Assembly: GCA_964575955.1 (NCBI GenBank)
Contig: CAZNTG010000007.1
Location: 32,001 to 96,000, forward strand
DNA length: 64,000 bases
Direction of reading: 5' to 3'
DNA from: an uncultured Thermoproteaceae archaeon
GTDB taxonomy: Archaea > Thermoproteota > Thermoprotei > Thermoproteales > Thermocladiaceae
In this document: positions 29,897-39,991 of the stretch, in pieces
How positions within the stretch are numbered: the stretch's first letter is position 1
Layout: each line of letters opens with the position of its first letter
The notes under the pieces: generated by a model
What the model saw: the letters and a program-made list of their open reading frames with translations, nothing else
What the model was told of the DNA's origin: nothing
Database searches by the model: none
Translations under genes and position numbers: made by a program

Positions 29897-30192
29897 CAAG
29901 TCTAGACTTGGTAATACTATACTTCACAAGTATAACTATCTGTGCAATAATAGTTCTAATATTCATAACATACTTCTTCATGAGAAAACATGTACTAATG
30001 CCACAACCCGTTGAGCTAGTAACAACAAAAGCAGTAACAGTACTAAAATGTCCATTATGTGATTATAGACTTAGAAGAGGATTCAGAGAAGGTGATCATA
30101 TTGGTGCAATATCATCAGAGACCTGTCCAATACATGGTGCTAATCTAGTTGTTGAAGCAGTATATTGTGAGACAGAAGAAAAGAAAGAATGA
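29893..30192 (+). CDS. Membrane-anchored Zn-ribbon protein coupled to DUF1512
   Basis: N-terminal TM helix; CPLC...R.FREGD ... CP.H; GTGA overlap with the upstream gene. Confidence 0.7.
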   Translation: MTSLDLVILYFTSITICAIIVLIFITYFFMRKHVLMPQPVELVTTKAVTVLKCPLCDYRLRRGFREGDHIGAISSETCPIHGANLVVEAVYCETEEKKE

Positions 30193-30228
30193 CAAGACTT
30201 ATCAAGTAGAGATTTCAATTAATGAAGG

Positions 30229-31515
30229 ATGCTTAAGCAGATATCTGAAGTATTGAAATATTGTGAAGATGGTGATATAGTACAGGTTAGAGGTTGGGTA
30301 TATAGGAAGAGAGAGTTTAGAGATAAGGTATTCATAGTCATTAGAGATGGTGAAGGTATAATTCAGGCAGTGTTCTCTGGAGATTTAGCTGAAGAAGCTA
30401 GAAAGTTGAATATCGAATCCTCAATAATTATTGAAGGTATTGTTAAGAATGAGCCTAGAGCACCTGGAGGTAAGGAGATTCATGTAACTAAGATACTGTG
30501 GTATTTTATTGGAGAACCATTTCCAATAAATGTATCTGCCGCACAGACAGACTCTGAATATCTTCTAGATGTTAGACATCTATGGATTAGAAGTAGAAAG
30601 ATGTGGGCTATATTGAGAATACGTCATACAGTATTTCAAGCAATACATGAATACTTTAGAAAGAATGGTTTTTATGAAGTTCAATGTCCAATATTCGTAT
30701 CTGCAGCAGTCGAGGGAGGAGCAACACTCTTTCCTGTACAGTATTTCGATAGGAAAGTCTACTTAACTCAAAGTGCTCAATTCTATCTAGAAGCAATGAT
30801 ATTTACATTAGAGAAAGTGTATACAATAGCTCCAAGCTTTAGAGCAGAACCATCAAGAACTAGAAGACATTTAACAGAATTTTGGCATGCAGAAGCTGAG
30901 ATGGCTTGGGCACATATGGAAGATGTTATGAAAGTTTCTGAAGAACTTGTAAGTCATATTGTTAGGAAAGTTCTTGATGAGAGAATTGAAGAACTTTCAA
31001 TACTTAAACGTGATATTGAGAAGCTTGAAAATGTTAAACCACCATTTCCAAGAGTACAGTATGATGAGGCTATTGAAATATTGAAGAATAGAGGTCTAAA
31101 TATTGAATGGGGTTCTGACCTTGGTGCTGATGAGGAGAGAGTATTAATGGAGTATTTTGATGTTCCTATACACCTTTACGGATTTCCAGAACATATAAAA
31201 GCATTCTACCATAAGAATGATCCAAACGACCCTAAGAGAACTCTATCCGTAGATGTTCTAGCTCCTGAAGGTTATGGTGAGATTATTGGTGGTGGTGAGA
31301 GAATCGAAGATCCTGAAATGCTTATTGAGAAGATTAAGAGATTTGGTCTAAATCCTGAAGATTATCAATGGTATATAGATCTTAGAAGATATGGATCCGT
31401 ACCTCACGCAGGTTTTGGACTTGGAGTTGATAGACTTGTAATGTGGATTTGTGGTCTTGACCATATTAGAGATGCAGTACCATTTCCAAGAGATATTAGA
31501 AGAGTAACACCTTAA
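30229..31515 (+). CDS. asnS: Asparagine--tRNA ligase
   Basis: OB fold (VRGWVYR), DVRHLWIRS, EGGATLF, YLTQSAQFYLE, FRAE.S.TRRHLTEFWHAEAE, GEIIGGGER. Confidence 0.92.
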   Translation: MLKQISEVLKYCEDGDIVQVRGWVYRKREFRDKVFIVIRDGEGIIQAVFSGDLAEEARKLNIESSIIIEGIVKNEPRAPGGKEIHVTKILWYFIGEPFPINVSAAQTDSEYLLDVRHLWIRSRKMWAILRIRHTVFQAIHEYFRKNGFYEVQCPIFVSAAVEGGATLFPVQYFDRKVYLTQSAQFYLEAMIFTLEKVYTIAPSFRAEPSRTRRHLTEFWHAEAEMAWAHMEDVMKVSEELVSHIVRKVLDERIEELSILKRDIEKLENVKPPFPRVQYDEAIEILKNRGLNIEWGSDLGADEERVLMEYFDVPIHLYGFPEHIKAFYHKNDPNDPKRTLSVDVLAPEGYGEIIGGGERIEDPEMLIEKIKRFGLNPEDYQWYIDLRRYGSVPHAGFGLGVDRLVMWICGLDHIRDAVPFPRDIRRVTP

Positions 31516-31516
31516 C

Positions 31517-32392
31517 CTACAATATCTCGATAGTTCTACTCAAAATTCTAGCAATTATAAACAGTCCAAATGCCATCAATGTAAGTACTAGACAGGCAAG
31601 CCATCCAAGCATCACTACTTTACTTAAAGCTGCTCTAGCTGCAGCATATATAAACACTGTCAATGGTACAGGTGCTACAGATGTTAATGGATGATATATC
31701 CATGGTCCCCATGAGAGTTTTACTGTTACATGAGCAACAATGAGTAGTGGTCCTGTCTCACCAAGAACTTTAGCAATACTAATCATCATATTTGCAATAA
31801 GTGCTCTCCATGCAGCTCTCGTAAGTACTTTAAGTGTTTGCCATCTAGATAGACCTAAAGCTACACATGTCTCCTTCAATTCTGCTGGTAGTGTTGAAAG
31901 TATATCACATGTCTGTATTGCTACATATGGAATTATTATGAATAGTAGGCTTAGTGAACTAAATATTGCAAGCTTCTCTTTTAAAGCTAGTATAAATGTT
32001 AGATATATAACAACTCCATAACATACTGTTGGTGCTTCAACAAGTACTTCAAGAAGTCTTCTACATATTCTAGATAGCTTACTAGTAGGATGTTCATACA
32101 GGTATAGACCGGTTAGAAATCCTATTGGAAGTCCAATAGCTACACATGTTCCAACTATGACTAATGTACTATATATCATTGGTCCAATACCTCCAATTTT
32201 TGGAGACATAGGTACAACATTGGGACTTTCTATCAATGCTCTAATACCCTCTTTTAAGAGTGGTTGTGATCCTAGGTATACTACTGTTAACAGCATCCAC
32301 AATATTAGTGATAGTACTATTCCTGATGTTGTTGATACTAATATTCCAAGTATTAGATCTCTAACCCTATACTTACGAACCATAGAGATCAC
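31517..32392 (-). CDS. pstA: Phosphate ABC permease PstA
   Basis: GGIGPMI..T, G.YL.E, PTV.YG, EAA-like loop, GETGPLL. Confidence 0.85.
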   Translation of the reverse strand: MISMVRKYRVRDLILGILVSTTSGIVLSLILWMLLTVVYLGSQPLLKEGIRALIESPNVVPMSPKIGGIGPMIYSTLVIVGTCVAIGLPIGFLTGLYLYEHPTSKLSRICRRLLEVLVEAPTVCYGVVIYLTFILALKEKLAIFSSLSLLFIIIPYVAIQTCDILSTLPAELKETCVALGLSRWQTLKVLTRAAWRALIANMMISIAKVLGETGPLLIVAHVTVKLSWGPWIYHPLTSVAPVPLTVFIYAAARAALSKVVMLGWLACLVLTLMAFGLFIIARILSRTIEIL

Positions 32393-33258
32393 CTATGTAT
32401 TCTTCTAACAACATACCTAATTCCAAATAGTGCAACTGCACCAATTATGAATAGTATTAGTGAGAGAGCTGTTAATGCACTTAGAAGATTTGGATACATA
32501 AGTCCCATACCAATCTCAGACACTATTAATGCTGGAATAGCTTCACACTGTGCTGTTAATGGACAGAACCATGGAATACCACCAATAAGCAATGCTACAG
32601 CAGCTGTCTCACCTATAGCTTTTCCAAAACTTAATGTTAATCCTCCGATAATTGCTTCACGAATCTGTATTAGAGATATTTTAGCAATCTCCCATTTACC
32701 AGCACCAAGAGATAGTAATGTTTCTCTAAGTTCTCTAGGTATTGTCCTATATGCCTCTCTAATAACAGCGGTTGCGAATGGTGTAACCATTATTCCAAGT
32801 ACAACACCTGTCAATAATGCTGACTGTAGTTGATATGGTGGGTATGAGAATGGTGGTAGAAATCCAAGATATCTATATAGTGGCCATTCAACAAAATCTC
32901 TGAAATATGGAGCAAATATCTGTAAACCCCAAATACCGAATATCACTGTTGGAAATGCTGCAAGTACATCAATTAGAGATGATATAATTCCCTCCAAAAA
33001 TTTTGGAAGATATTCATTTATCAATATTGTTAATGCTATCGAAAATATTAACGATAAAACTACAGCAATTATAGAAATTATTAGAGAACCGTAAATTGAT
33101 GGTAATGCTGCCTCATATCTAAATAAATATCCTGAAACTATTGAAGGAATACTATAGTATACTAACACCACTAGGAAGTATAATACAAGTCCTAGAGATA
33201 TCAATAGTGGAATTGCTAGAAAGATGTCTGATATGTTTTTAGATTTCATAACACACAT
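32389..33258 (-). CDS. pstC: Phosphate ABC permease PstC
   Basis: LAAFPTVIFGIWG, MVTPF.....EA...IP..LRE...LGA.KWE, GKAIGETAAV. Confidence 0.88.
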   Translation of the reverse strand: MCVMKSKNISDIFLAIPLLISLGLVLYFLVVLVYYSIPSIVSGYLFRYEAALPSIYGSLIISIIAVVLSLIFSIALTILINEYLPKFLEGIISSLIDVLAAFPTVIFGIWGLQIFAPYFRDFVEWPLYRYLGFLPPFSYPPYQLQSALLTGVVLGIMVTPFATAVIREAYRTIPRELRETLLSLGAGKWEIAKISLIQIREAIIGGLTLSFGKAIGETAAVALLIGGIPWFCPLTAQCEAIPALIVSEIGMGLMYPNLLSALTALSLILFIIGAVALFGIRYVVRRIHR

Positions 33259-33267
33259 GTGTTAACA

Positions 33268-34506
33268 TTAACTATTCTTAGTTATCCCTATGAAGCTAGT
33301 TAGAGATCTATTATCAACCCTTGCATATCTTATGAATGTACTTAAACATATCGACCTTATGCTCTTAGGTACTGGTATATAACCCCTAACATATGTGTTA
33401 TTCATAGACCAGACCACCGATAAGAATCTATATACTGCGATGGCCTTTAGAGGATTTTTGTAATATAGCTTAACTGTTAAGTGTGAGAAGAATATTATTG
33501 GATAACTGTCGTTTCCGGGAGGATTCAATATTTTCTCAAATATCTTCTCCTTCCATAGATCTCCTAGTGGATTAAACTTTTCCTTTCTCAGTATTTCTGC
33601 AGCATTTTCAAATGCTTCTACAATATTTCTATATGATGGATATACAAAATTTCCGTATCTGTTCAATATTCTTGCCATATTTAAGTTAGAGAATATTGCA
33701 TAGCTCCATTCAACATAGCCTATTGAACCCGGAGTACGTTTGACTGTTGATGCAATTCCATAATTGCCTGATGCGTATATTCCATAAGCTATAGTATGTG
33801 CATATTCTCTCCAAATACTTGACCAGTCAGGTCTAAAGTATGCCATGGGACCTCTTTTACTGTACTGTATTCTCATTATCTTTCTGAATGTATTTGACAC
33901 AATAGTTAGATAAGTTACAAATATGAATGTTGTTCCACTAGCTTCTCTTCTAACTACTGGTATTATAGGTATGTAATAGTGATGATCTTTACATGTCTTA
34001 ATAAGACCCTTATTATACCTTAGGATCTCTTTATTACACCAATTTCTTATTTTTCCTATGAATATGTTAGCTATTATCTCTCCAGTTAAGTTTAATGTTC
34101 CAGAGATTCCAGGAATGTTATATATTAATACGACTGCGCCACCAACGTCAGGACATTCAAGTAATGGCCCATATTTTCTATATGCTTCTTCCCACTGCTG
34201 TGTTGGCATTGGTGGATCATGAAGCGCTATATCATATATCCCTTCTAAAAAGCCAGCAATACCTTTACCGCTACCGACTGCATCATATATCACCGTTATG
34301 TTTGGGTACCTTTTCTCTAAAATACTTATCCATTTCTCAATTTGGTACATTGGCGCTGTTGCTCCACCTATTCTAATCACTATAGATGATCTTTGAGGTG
34401 CTTTTTCTACCTGTTTCACACTATGTGCAGTGTATAAGTAGATTGCTATACCGAGAACTACAGCTACAACTAGTATAGTAATCAATATGTATTGTGTCTT
34501 AGCCAT
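33268..34506 (-). CDS. pstS: Phosphate ABC substrate-binding protein PstS
   Basis: GGAT, Y..VGSGKG, R.EASGTT.IF, GN.G....V...PGSIGYVE, YPI. Confidence 0.9.
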   Translation of the reverse strand: MAKTQYILITILVVAVVLGIAIYLYTAHSVKQVEKAPQRSSIVIRIGGATAPMYQIEKWISILEKRYPNITVIYDAVGSGKGIAGFLEGIYDIALHDPPMPTQQWEEAYRKYGPLLECPDVGGAVVLIYNIPGISGTLNLTGEIIANIFIGKIRNWCNKEILRYNKGLIKTCKDHHYYIPIIPVVRREASGTTFIFVTYLTIVSNTFRKIMRIQYSKRGPMAYFRPDWSSIWREYAHTIAYGIYASGNYGIASTVKRTPGSIGYVEWSYAIFSNLNMARILNRYGNFVYPSYRNIVEAFENAAEILRKEKFNPLGDLWKEKIFEKILNPPGNDSYPIIFFSHLTVKLYYKNPLKAIAVYRFLSVVWSMNNTYVRGYIPVPKSIRSICLSTFIRYARVDNRSLTSFIGITKNS

Positions 34507-34565
34507 GGGATATCAATGAACTATATATTTTTAAGTTGTACCTCTATAATTGTAGGTAAGTCTTT

Positions 34566-34605
34566 TATATAGCTATATAGATTATGTATATCGCTACATA
34601 ATCTA
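34566..34605. promoter_or_regulatory. Palindromic operator candidates between divergent pstS and pstB
   Basis: TATATAGCTATATA (34566-34579, perfect palindrome) and TAGATTATGTA-6nt-TACATAATCTA (34578-34605, perfect 11-bp inverted repeat). Confidence 0.55.
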
Positions 34606-34652
34606 AGTAAGACATTACTATTTTAAAACCAACTTCTAGAGTATTAAGTAAC

Positions 34653-35441
34653 GTGGGTCAAGACTTACTATTCACTATAGAGAGGTTGAATGTCTGGTAT
34701 AGACAGGGTAGAAAGATAGTACATGCATTAAAAGATGTTACAGTATCAATTCCTAGGAGAAAGTTAACTGTAATTATTGGAAGATCTGGTAGTGGTAAAT
34801 CAACATTCTTAAGAACTTTAAATAGAGTTATAGAAGTATATAATGCGAAGATTAGCGGTAAAGTATTGTTTAAGGGTGAAGATATATTTAAATTAAATCC
34901 ACAAGAACTTAGAACTAGAGTTGTAATGGTTCTTCAAAGACCTATAGCATTACCAATGAGCATATTTGACAATATTGCATATCCATTGAAATCTATAAGA
35001 AAGATTAAGGATAAGAATGAGATTAAGATTAGAGTTGAAGAAGCTTTAAAACTTGCAAATCTGTGGAATGAGGTTAAAGATAGACTACATCTACCTGCTA
35101 CAAATCTATCTGGTGGTCAAATTCAGAGACTTGCAATTGCTAGAGCAATTGCCCTAAATCCTGAAGTGTTACTCTTAGATGAACCTACAGCACATCTAGA
35201 TCCAGAATCTACTAGATATATCGAGAATACAATACTTAAATTGAAAGAGAAGATTGATATAATATTTGTAACACACTCAATAGAACAGGCAAGAAGACTT
35301 GCAGAATATGTAATATATTTTGAAGATGGGAGAGTAGTAGAGGCAGGACCAGCAGACGAGATATTGGAAAGACCTAGAAGTGAAGAGTTGAGAAGGTTTT
35401 TAAATATATTTGAAAGAAGAGAGATTAAGATTACAGTATAG
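34653..35441 (+). CDS. pstB: Phosphate ABC ATPase PstB
   Basis: GRSGSGKST.LR.LNR, MSIFDNIAY, LWNEVKDRL, LSGGQ.QRL.IARA, DEPT. Confidence 0.92.
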   Translation: MGQDLLFTIERLNVWYRQGRKIVHALKDVTVSIPRRKLTVIIGRSGSGKSTFLRTLNRVIEVYNAKISGKVLFKGEDIFKLNPQELRTRVVMVLQRPIALPMSIFDNIAYPLKSIRKIKDKNEIKIRVEEALKLANLWNEVKDRLHLPATNLSGGQIQRLAIARAIALNPEVLLLDEPTAHLDPESTRYIENTILKLKEKIDIIFVTHSIEQARRLAEYVIYFEDGRVVEAGPADEILERPRSEELRRFLNIFERREIKITV

Positions 35442-35444
35442 TTT

Positions 35445-36860
35445 TTATGAAGGTGGTGTAAATACAGACTTTAAATATTCAACAATCTTACCTGTCTCTA
35501 AGTTCCACATACCTACAAGTTTCCATTCACATCCTGTCTTTGTCTTTGCTGGTATTACTGCGTATATGTTGTAGTTAGCTCCTGCTCTGTCGTGGTATTT
35601 GTCTAGTGTTATTGGTCCTGTTAGTGCTCCTTTACCCCATAGTTTTCCTGTTACCCATGGTCCTGTTAGTGGTCCTTTCTTTGTTGGTATTGGTTTTCCT
35701 TCACTGTATAGTTTTGCTACTTGTGGTAGTATTTCGTTTATGTATGTTGTGTTTAGTGTTCCAGTGTCTATGTATGACTTTATTATTGATAGTGCTGCAA
35801 TCCATACTGCGTCATATTCTATTGATGCATATTCCCATGTTCCAACAACACCTGGATGTTCTTTCAATATTCTCTCTTTTAACCAGTTCATTCTACTTTC
35901 AGGTAGTCCAACTACTGTTGATAGTAGTCTAACTTTTGTAGCTATTGGACATACCTTATATACTGCTGGACTACCTGCAAATCCATCACATCCAAGCCAT
36001 ATAACCTTCATTAGTGTTGGATAGCTTGATGCTGTCTTTAGAATGTATGCTATTTCGTCAAATGTTATTGCTTCAACAGCTACATGTGCAATACCGTACT
36101 TAGCTACGAAGGATTTAATACATGAGTCAAGTCTAGCTACATAGCTTGTAAATGTGCTTGCAGATGGTGGATATCCAATTGCTACATACTTAATACCATA
36201 CTTATCAAGATTCTTCTCTAAATACTCAGTCAATCCTTTACCCCATGGATCAACACGGTAGATTATACATACAGCCTTAATTCCAAGATCTTTAATTATT
36301 GTTGCTAATGCCTTACTCTGCCACATGTCTGGTGGTGCTAGTCTAAATACGTATGGCTTAACAACATGTAGACTCATAGCTGTTGATGATTGTGAAATAA
36401 CAATAATACGGTCAGCTTCAGCCATCTTGTATATTGCTGTCAATGCAAGACTACTCATAGGACCAATAATAACCTTAATACCAGCACTCTTAGCAGCTTG
36501 ATAAGCCTTAACAGCACCTTGATAAGTGGTCGATGTATCGTAGAAAGCAGCCCTAAACCTATATGGTAATCCAACACTTGCAAGCCAACTATTAATATCA
36601 TGAATAGCAAGCTCAGCAACATACTTATTCAAAACACCATCACTAGCTAAACCACCAGACAAAGGCAAAAGAAAACCTAGAGTTACAGTAGTTACAGCCG
36701 TGGGCTTTGTTGGTTTTGTTGGTTTCTTTGCTGTTACTGTTGGTGCAGCCTTTGTTGGTGCTTTATGTGATATTGCATACCAAACTCCAACACCTATAAC
36801 TATTATTGCTATTATGACTCCAGCTATTATAGCTCCTACCTTCTTGCTAACCATAGTCAA
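35445..36860 (-). CDS. Branched-chain amino acid ABC substrate-binding protein (LivJ/K family)
   Basis: N-terminal TM anchor, K/P/T linker, LGFLLPLSG, IGPMSS, SSTA, VFRLAPPD..Q, YDAVW. Confidence 0.88.
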   Translation of the reverse strand: MTMVSKKVGAIIAGVIIAIIVIGVGVWYAISHKAPTKAAPTVTAKKPTKPTKPTAVTTVTLGFLLPLSGGLASDGVLNKYVAELAIHDINSWLASVGLPYRFRAAFYDTSTTYQGAVKAYQAAKSAGIKVIIGPMSSLALTAIYKMAEADRIIVISQSSTAMSLHVVKPYVFRLAPPDMWQSKALATIIKDLGIKAVCIIYRVDPWGKGLTEYLEKNLDKYGIKYVAIGYPPSASTFTSYVARLDSCIKSFVAKYGIAHVAVEAITFDEIAYILKTASSYPTLMKVIWLGCDGFAGSPAVYKVCPIATKVRLLSTVVGLPESRMNWLKERILKEHPGVVGTWEYASIEYDAVWIAALSIIKSYIDTGTLNTTYINEILPQVAKLYSEGKPIPTKKGPLTGPWVTGKLWGKGALTGPITLDKYHDRAGANYNIYAVIPAKTKTGCEWKLVGMWNLETGKIVEYLKSVFTPPS

Positions 36861-37043
36861 ATCCTAGTATTATCAACTACTTTTAAGTTGTATCACAAGT
36901 TGTGTCTAGTAGTGACGTTATAGGTGTAGCAATCTGATCAATATACTCAATGATGTCCATCTAGAAGTGTTATAATTCTCAATAAGTTTAAAATATGTAC
37001 ATCTGATAACATTTAAATCCTCGTATATGCGTATCTTCGAATT

Positions 37044-37958
37044 ATGATTAGTTCCTTCATTATTCAAGCTGTGTGTTACAGTAATATAATAGCTCTACTA
37101 ACTATTAGTCTAACTTTAACATACATGACTACTAAAGTGCCAAACTTTATGCAGGGAAGTTTTGCTATGGTTGGTACGTATGTAGCTACAGCTATGTACT
37201 ATCTACTACATATACATCCATACTTCTCACTATCTGTTGAGTGTATTATTGGTGCGATAGTTGGCATATTGGTATACTACCTGATTATAAGACCATTGAT
37301 TAGGAGAGGTGCATCTATAGTAATGCTCATGATAGCTACATTTGCTGGAGACTTCATACTATGTGGACTATTGTTCATATATGCTAACTATCTTCAAGAT
37401 CTTGGAATACAGGTTAGACCTCTATGGTATGCATCTGACTTCACTATAGGTTCAATACCTATGTTACTCATATTCTCAACATTGTCGATAGCTGTACTTT
37501 ACATAATACTATTCACAATACTTTACAAGACTAAGTTTGGAATAGCTGTAAGAGCAGCTGTAGAAAATCCATCACTTGCTCAAACTCTTGGAGTTAATTT
37601 AGAAGCTGTGAGAGTATTTTCATGGGCTCTCTCAGGTCTCTTATCAGCATATGCTGGAGTTTTATGGCCATTAATACCGAGTGTCAGTGTTACAGACCCA
37701 TCATATGGGTCAAGTCAGCTACCACTAATATTTGCGTCAAGCATTGTTGGAGGACTTGATAGTCTTATAGGTGCTATAATTGGTGGATATGTTATAGGAC
37801 TGTCACAGATATTTCTACCATACATAACAGGATATACAGAGCTAGGCTATGTATTTCCTCTAATAATAATGGTTATAGTATTGCTAATATGTCCTAAAGG
37901 TATTGGTAGTTTAATAGAAAGATTATTAGGTAGAAAAGTTATCACACGTAGAGTGTAG
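37044..37958 (+). CDS. livH: Branched-chain amino acid ABC permease LivH-like
   Basis: LTLTY....VPNF.QG, TKFGIAVRA..EN..LA...GVN, IVGGL.S. Confidence 0.85.
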   Translation: MISSFIIQAVCYSNIIALLTISLTLTYMTTKVPNFMQGSFAMVGTYVATAMYYLLHIHPYFSLSVECIIGAIVGILVYYLIIRPLIRRGASIVMLMIATFAGDFILCGLLFIYANYLQDLGIQVRPLWYASDFTIGSIPMLLIFSTLSIAVLYIILFTILYKTKFGIAVRAAVENPSLAQTLGVNLEAVRVFSWALSGLLSAYAGVLWPLIPSVSVTDPSYGSSQLPLIFASSIVGGLDSLIGAIIGGYVIGLSQIFLPYITGYTELGYVFPLIIMVIVLLICPKGIGSLIERLLGRKVITRRV

Positions 37959-37960
37959 CT

Positions 37961-38935
37961 ATGTCAAGCATAGTACCACTACTAGAGTATATAGGTGTGT
38001 GGTTTGGACTCTACCTGCTAGTATCATCAGGACTTAATATAGAGGTTGGATATGCAGGAATTCCAAACTTCGGTAAAGCTATGTCATATGCTGTTGGAAT
38101 GTTAGCAGTATACCCACTGTGGAATTGGGCATTGAAGTATGTTCAAGGAAATGCACTTGCATCAATAGGACTTCTAATAGCTATTGTCATAACAAGCTTC
38201 ATAATAGGATTTGCTGTTGGAGCTGTATCTATAATACCTGCTGTAAGATTGAAAGAGGATTACCTAGCCATGTATCTACTAGGAATAGCAGAAATAACAA
38301 TATACTTACTATACCTCAAAGTATTTACACCACTAGGACAACCTCTTAGTGGAGATATATTTGCATGGGCAGGACCTTATGAAGATAAGGTCTCTGTACT
38401 ATGCATAGTCATAATAGCCATAGTAGTATTCTACATACTTAACAGACTATGTAATACACCATTTGGAAGAGTATTAAGAGCAATGAGAGAAAATGAGCTT
38501 GTTGTACAGACATTAGGAAGAAATGTCACAATATTAAGAATAATAGCAATGGGAATAGGATCAGGAGTAGCAGCAATAGCAGGTGCATTAAATGCACTAT
38601 ATCTACAGGCAGCAGCTGTAGGAGTAATGGCTAGACTATACTGGACATTCATACCATGGCTAATAATACTACTAGGAGGAGTAGGAGGATTAATAGGAAC
38701 ACTCGTAGGAACACTAATCTACGTAATAATTAGAGCACTAATAAGAACATATGGACCACTAACAGCACTACCATTCCCACCAAACTACCTATTCCTATGG
38801 GTAATGTTTGGAGTAGTAATAATCATAATACTACTATTCAGACCAGAAGGATTAATACCAGAAAAACCAATATTCACGAAACCAATGAAGAAATTGAAAG
38901 AACTAATGAAAAACAGGAAAAACAAAGAGAAATAA
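37961..38935 (+). CDS. livM: Branched-chain amino acid ABC permease LivM-like
   Basis: LNIEVGYAGIPNFG, RLKEDYLA, PFGRVLRAMRENE, RPEGLIPE. Confidence 0.85.
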   Translation: MSSIVPLLEYIGVWFGLYLLVSSGLNIEVGYAGIPNFGKAMSYAVGMLAVYPLWNWALKYVQGNALASIGLLIAIVITSFIIGFAVGAVSIIPAVRLKEDYLAMYLLGIAEITIYLLYLKVFTPLGQPLSGDIFAWAGPYEDKVSVLCIVIIAIVVFYILNRLCNTPFGRVLRAMRENELVVQTLGRNVTILRIIAMGIGSGVAAIAGALNALYLQAAAVGVMARLYWTFIPWLIILLGGVGGLIGTLVGTLIYVIIRALIRTYGPLTALPFPPNYLFLWVMFGVVIIIILLFRPEGLIPEKPIFTKPMKKLKELMKNRKNKEK

Positions 38936-38951
38936 GCAAGATCGAAAACAA

Positions 38952-39029
38952 TGGAGCCCCGGCCGGGATTTGAACCCGGGACCTGCCGATTACCAGTCGG
39001 CCGCTCTAACCGGGCTGAGCTACCGGGGC
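38952..39029 (-). tRNA. tRNA-Thr(GGT), intronless
   Basis: GCCCCGG TA GCTC...GAGC G GCCGA CT GGT AA TCGGC AGGTC CCGGG TTCAAAT CCCGG CCGGGGC T CCA. Confidence 0.97.
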
Positions 39030-39054
39030 TTTACAGTCGTAGTTTCACAATATT

Positions 39055-39125
39055 GTTATTTTAAAAACTTTCCTTTACGTAAGGTTGATGTAATAGAAAG
39101 TTTGCATAGAGATAGATTTAAAAAT
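39055..39125. promoter_or_regulatory. Back-to-back TATA boxes for the divergent tRNA-Thr and tRNA-Arg
   Basis: TTTTTAAAA on the minus strand (about 39059-39067) and TTTAAAAA on the plus strand (39117-39124), each about 30 nt upstream of its tRNA. Confidence 0.55.
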
Positions 39126-39150
39126 AGTCTGTAATCTAGACATGTTCGAA

Positions 39151-39228
39151 GGCCCCGTAGCTCAGCCTGGATAGAGCGGCGGCCTTCTAAGCCGTAGGTC
39201 CCGGGTTCAAATCCCGGCGGGGCCGCCA
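39151..39228 (+). tRNA. tRNA-Arg(TCT), intronless
   Basis: GGCCCCG TA GCTC...GAGC G GCGGC CT TCT AA GCCGT AGGTC CCGGG TTCAAAT CCCGG CGGGGCC G CCA. Confidence 0.97.
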
Positions 39229-39951
39229 GAGTGTCTCTATGATGACCTTTCTATACCTTATTTCGTTTTTCACTATCCTGCTTATTATGTCTTCAAGTTT
39301 TGTGTTTTCTAGGTTTTGTATGTATTTTTGTATTATGTTTCTATAAACTATTCTTGATAATTTATTTCCTATTGTTGTAACTATACTACATGTTGTATAT
39401 CCTTTATAGTCTATTGGTGCTGATATTGTTAATGTGTCTGTCATTGTTCCTGTTGGTCTCGAATTACATTCTAGTAATGTATCTACAATTGCTATTGTCT
39501 TAGCTTCTATAATAGTCCTGTATAGGTCTAGTAATCCTTGAGGTGTTAATTTAGTATCGGTACATACTACTATGTTTATAGTTCCACCAACTAGTGGTGT
39601 ATATATTTTGTCATAGTCTATACATACTACAGGTTCTAGACCTATAGTCATTACAACATCTATAGTATTATCTTCTACATTTTCGATAATTCTAACTCTA
39701 TCATTAACATCAACACATGTTAACAATACCACAGTCTCATTAGGTAGGTTATATTTGTCTAATATCTCTCTTCTACACCACTTATATACATCTCTCTCAT
39801 TAAAATCTCTTGATACAGTCTTCAAAATTATGTATCTATACTTTCCAAATCCTCCAAATATTCCTGAAGATATTGTAGTGTAGTTTTCAGGTATTTCATA
39901 CAGTATTGTGTATTTTTCAAGTCTCTTCTCTCTTAATAATCCTCTAGTCAT
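39187..39951 (-). CDS. cbiZ: Adenosylcobinamide amidohydrolase (CbiZ family)
   Basis: ISSG..GG, LLTCVD, GTINIVV, EAK, TGTMTD; the C-terminus reads antisense into tRNA-Arg. Confidence 0.8.
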   Translation of the reverse strand: MTRGLLREKRLEKYTILYEIPENYTTISSGIFGGFGKYRYIILKTVSRDFNERDVYKWCRREILDKYNLPNETVVLLTCVDVNDRVRIIENVEDNTIDVVMTIGLEPVVCIDYDKIYTPLVGGTINIVVCTDTKLTPQGLLDLYRTIIEAKTIAIVDTLLECNSRPTGTMTDTLTISAPIDYKGYTTCSIVTTIGNKLSRIVYRNIIQKYIQNLENTKLEDIISRIVKNEIRYRKVIIETLWRPRRDLNPGPTA

Positions 39952-39991
39952 ATTGTCTAAAGCTTGAGGTATAGTTTATATATAGTGACTG

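Noticed and set aside
30221-30250. Possible C/D RNA at the asnS start (ATGAAGG ... CTGA)
   Set aside because: Only a degenerate half motif with no matching C and D' pair at proper spacing.
35613-35678. 21-nt near-direct repeat (TGGTCCTGTTAGTG.TCCTTT, twice) and the K/P/T-rich repeat at about 36700-36770
   Set aside because: Both lie in frame inside the binding-protein gene (a small internal duplication and a flexible linker); not mobile or CRISPR repeats.
31517-38951. pst/liv transporter block as an island integrated at tRNA-Thr
   Set aside because: No integrase, no duplicated tRNA 3' end and no compositional shift seen.
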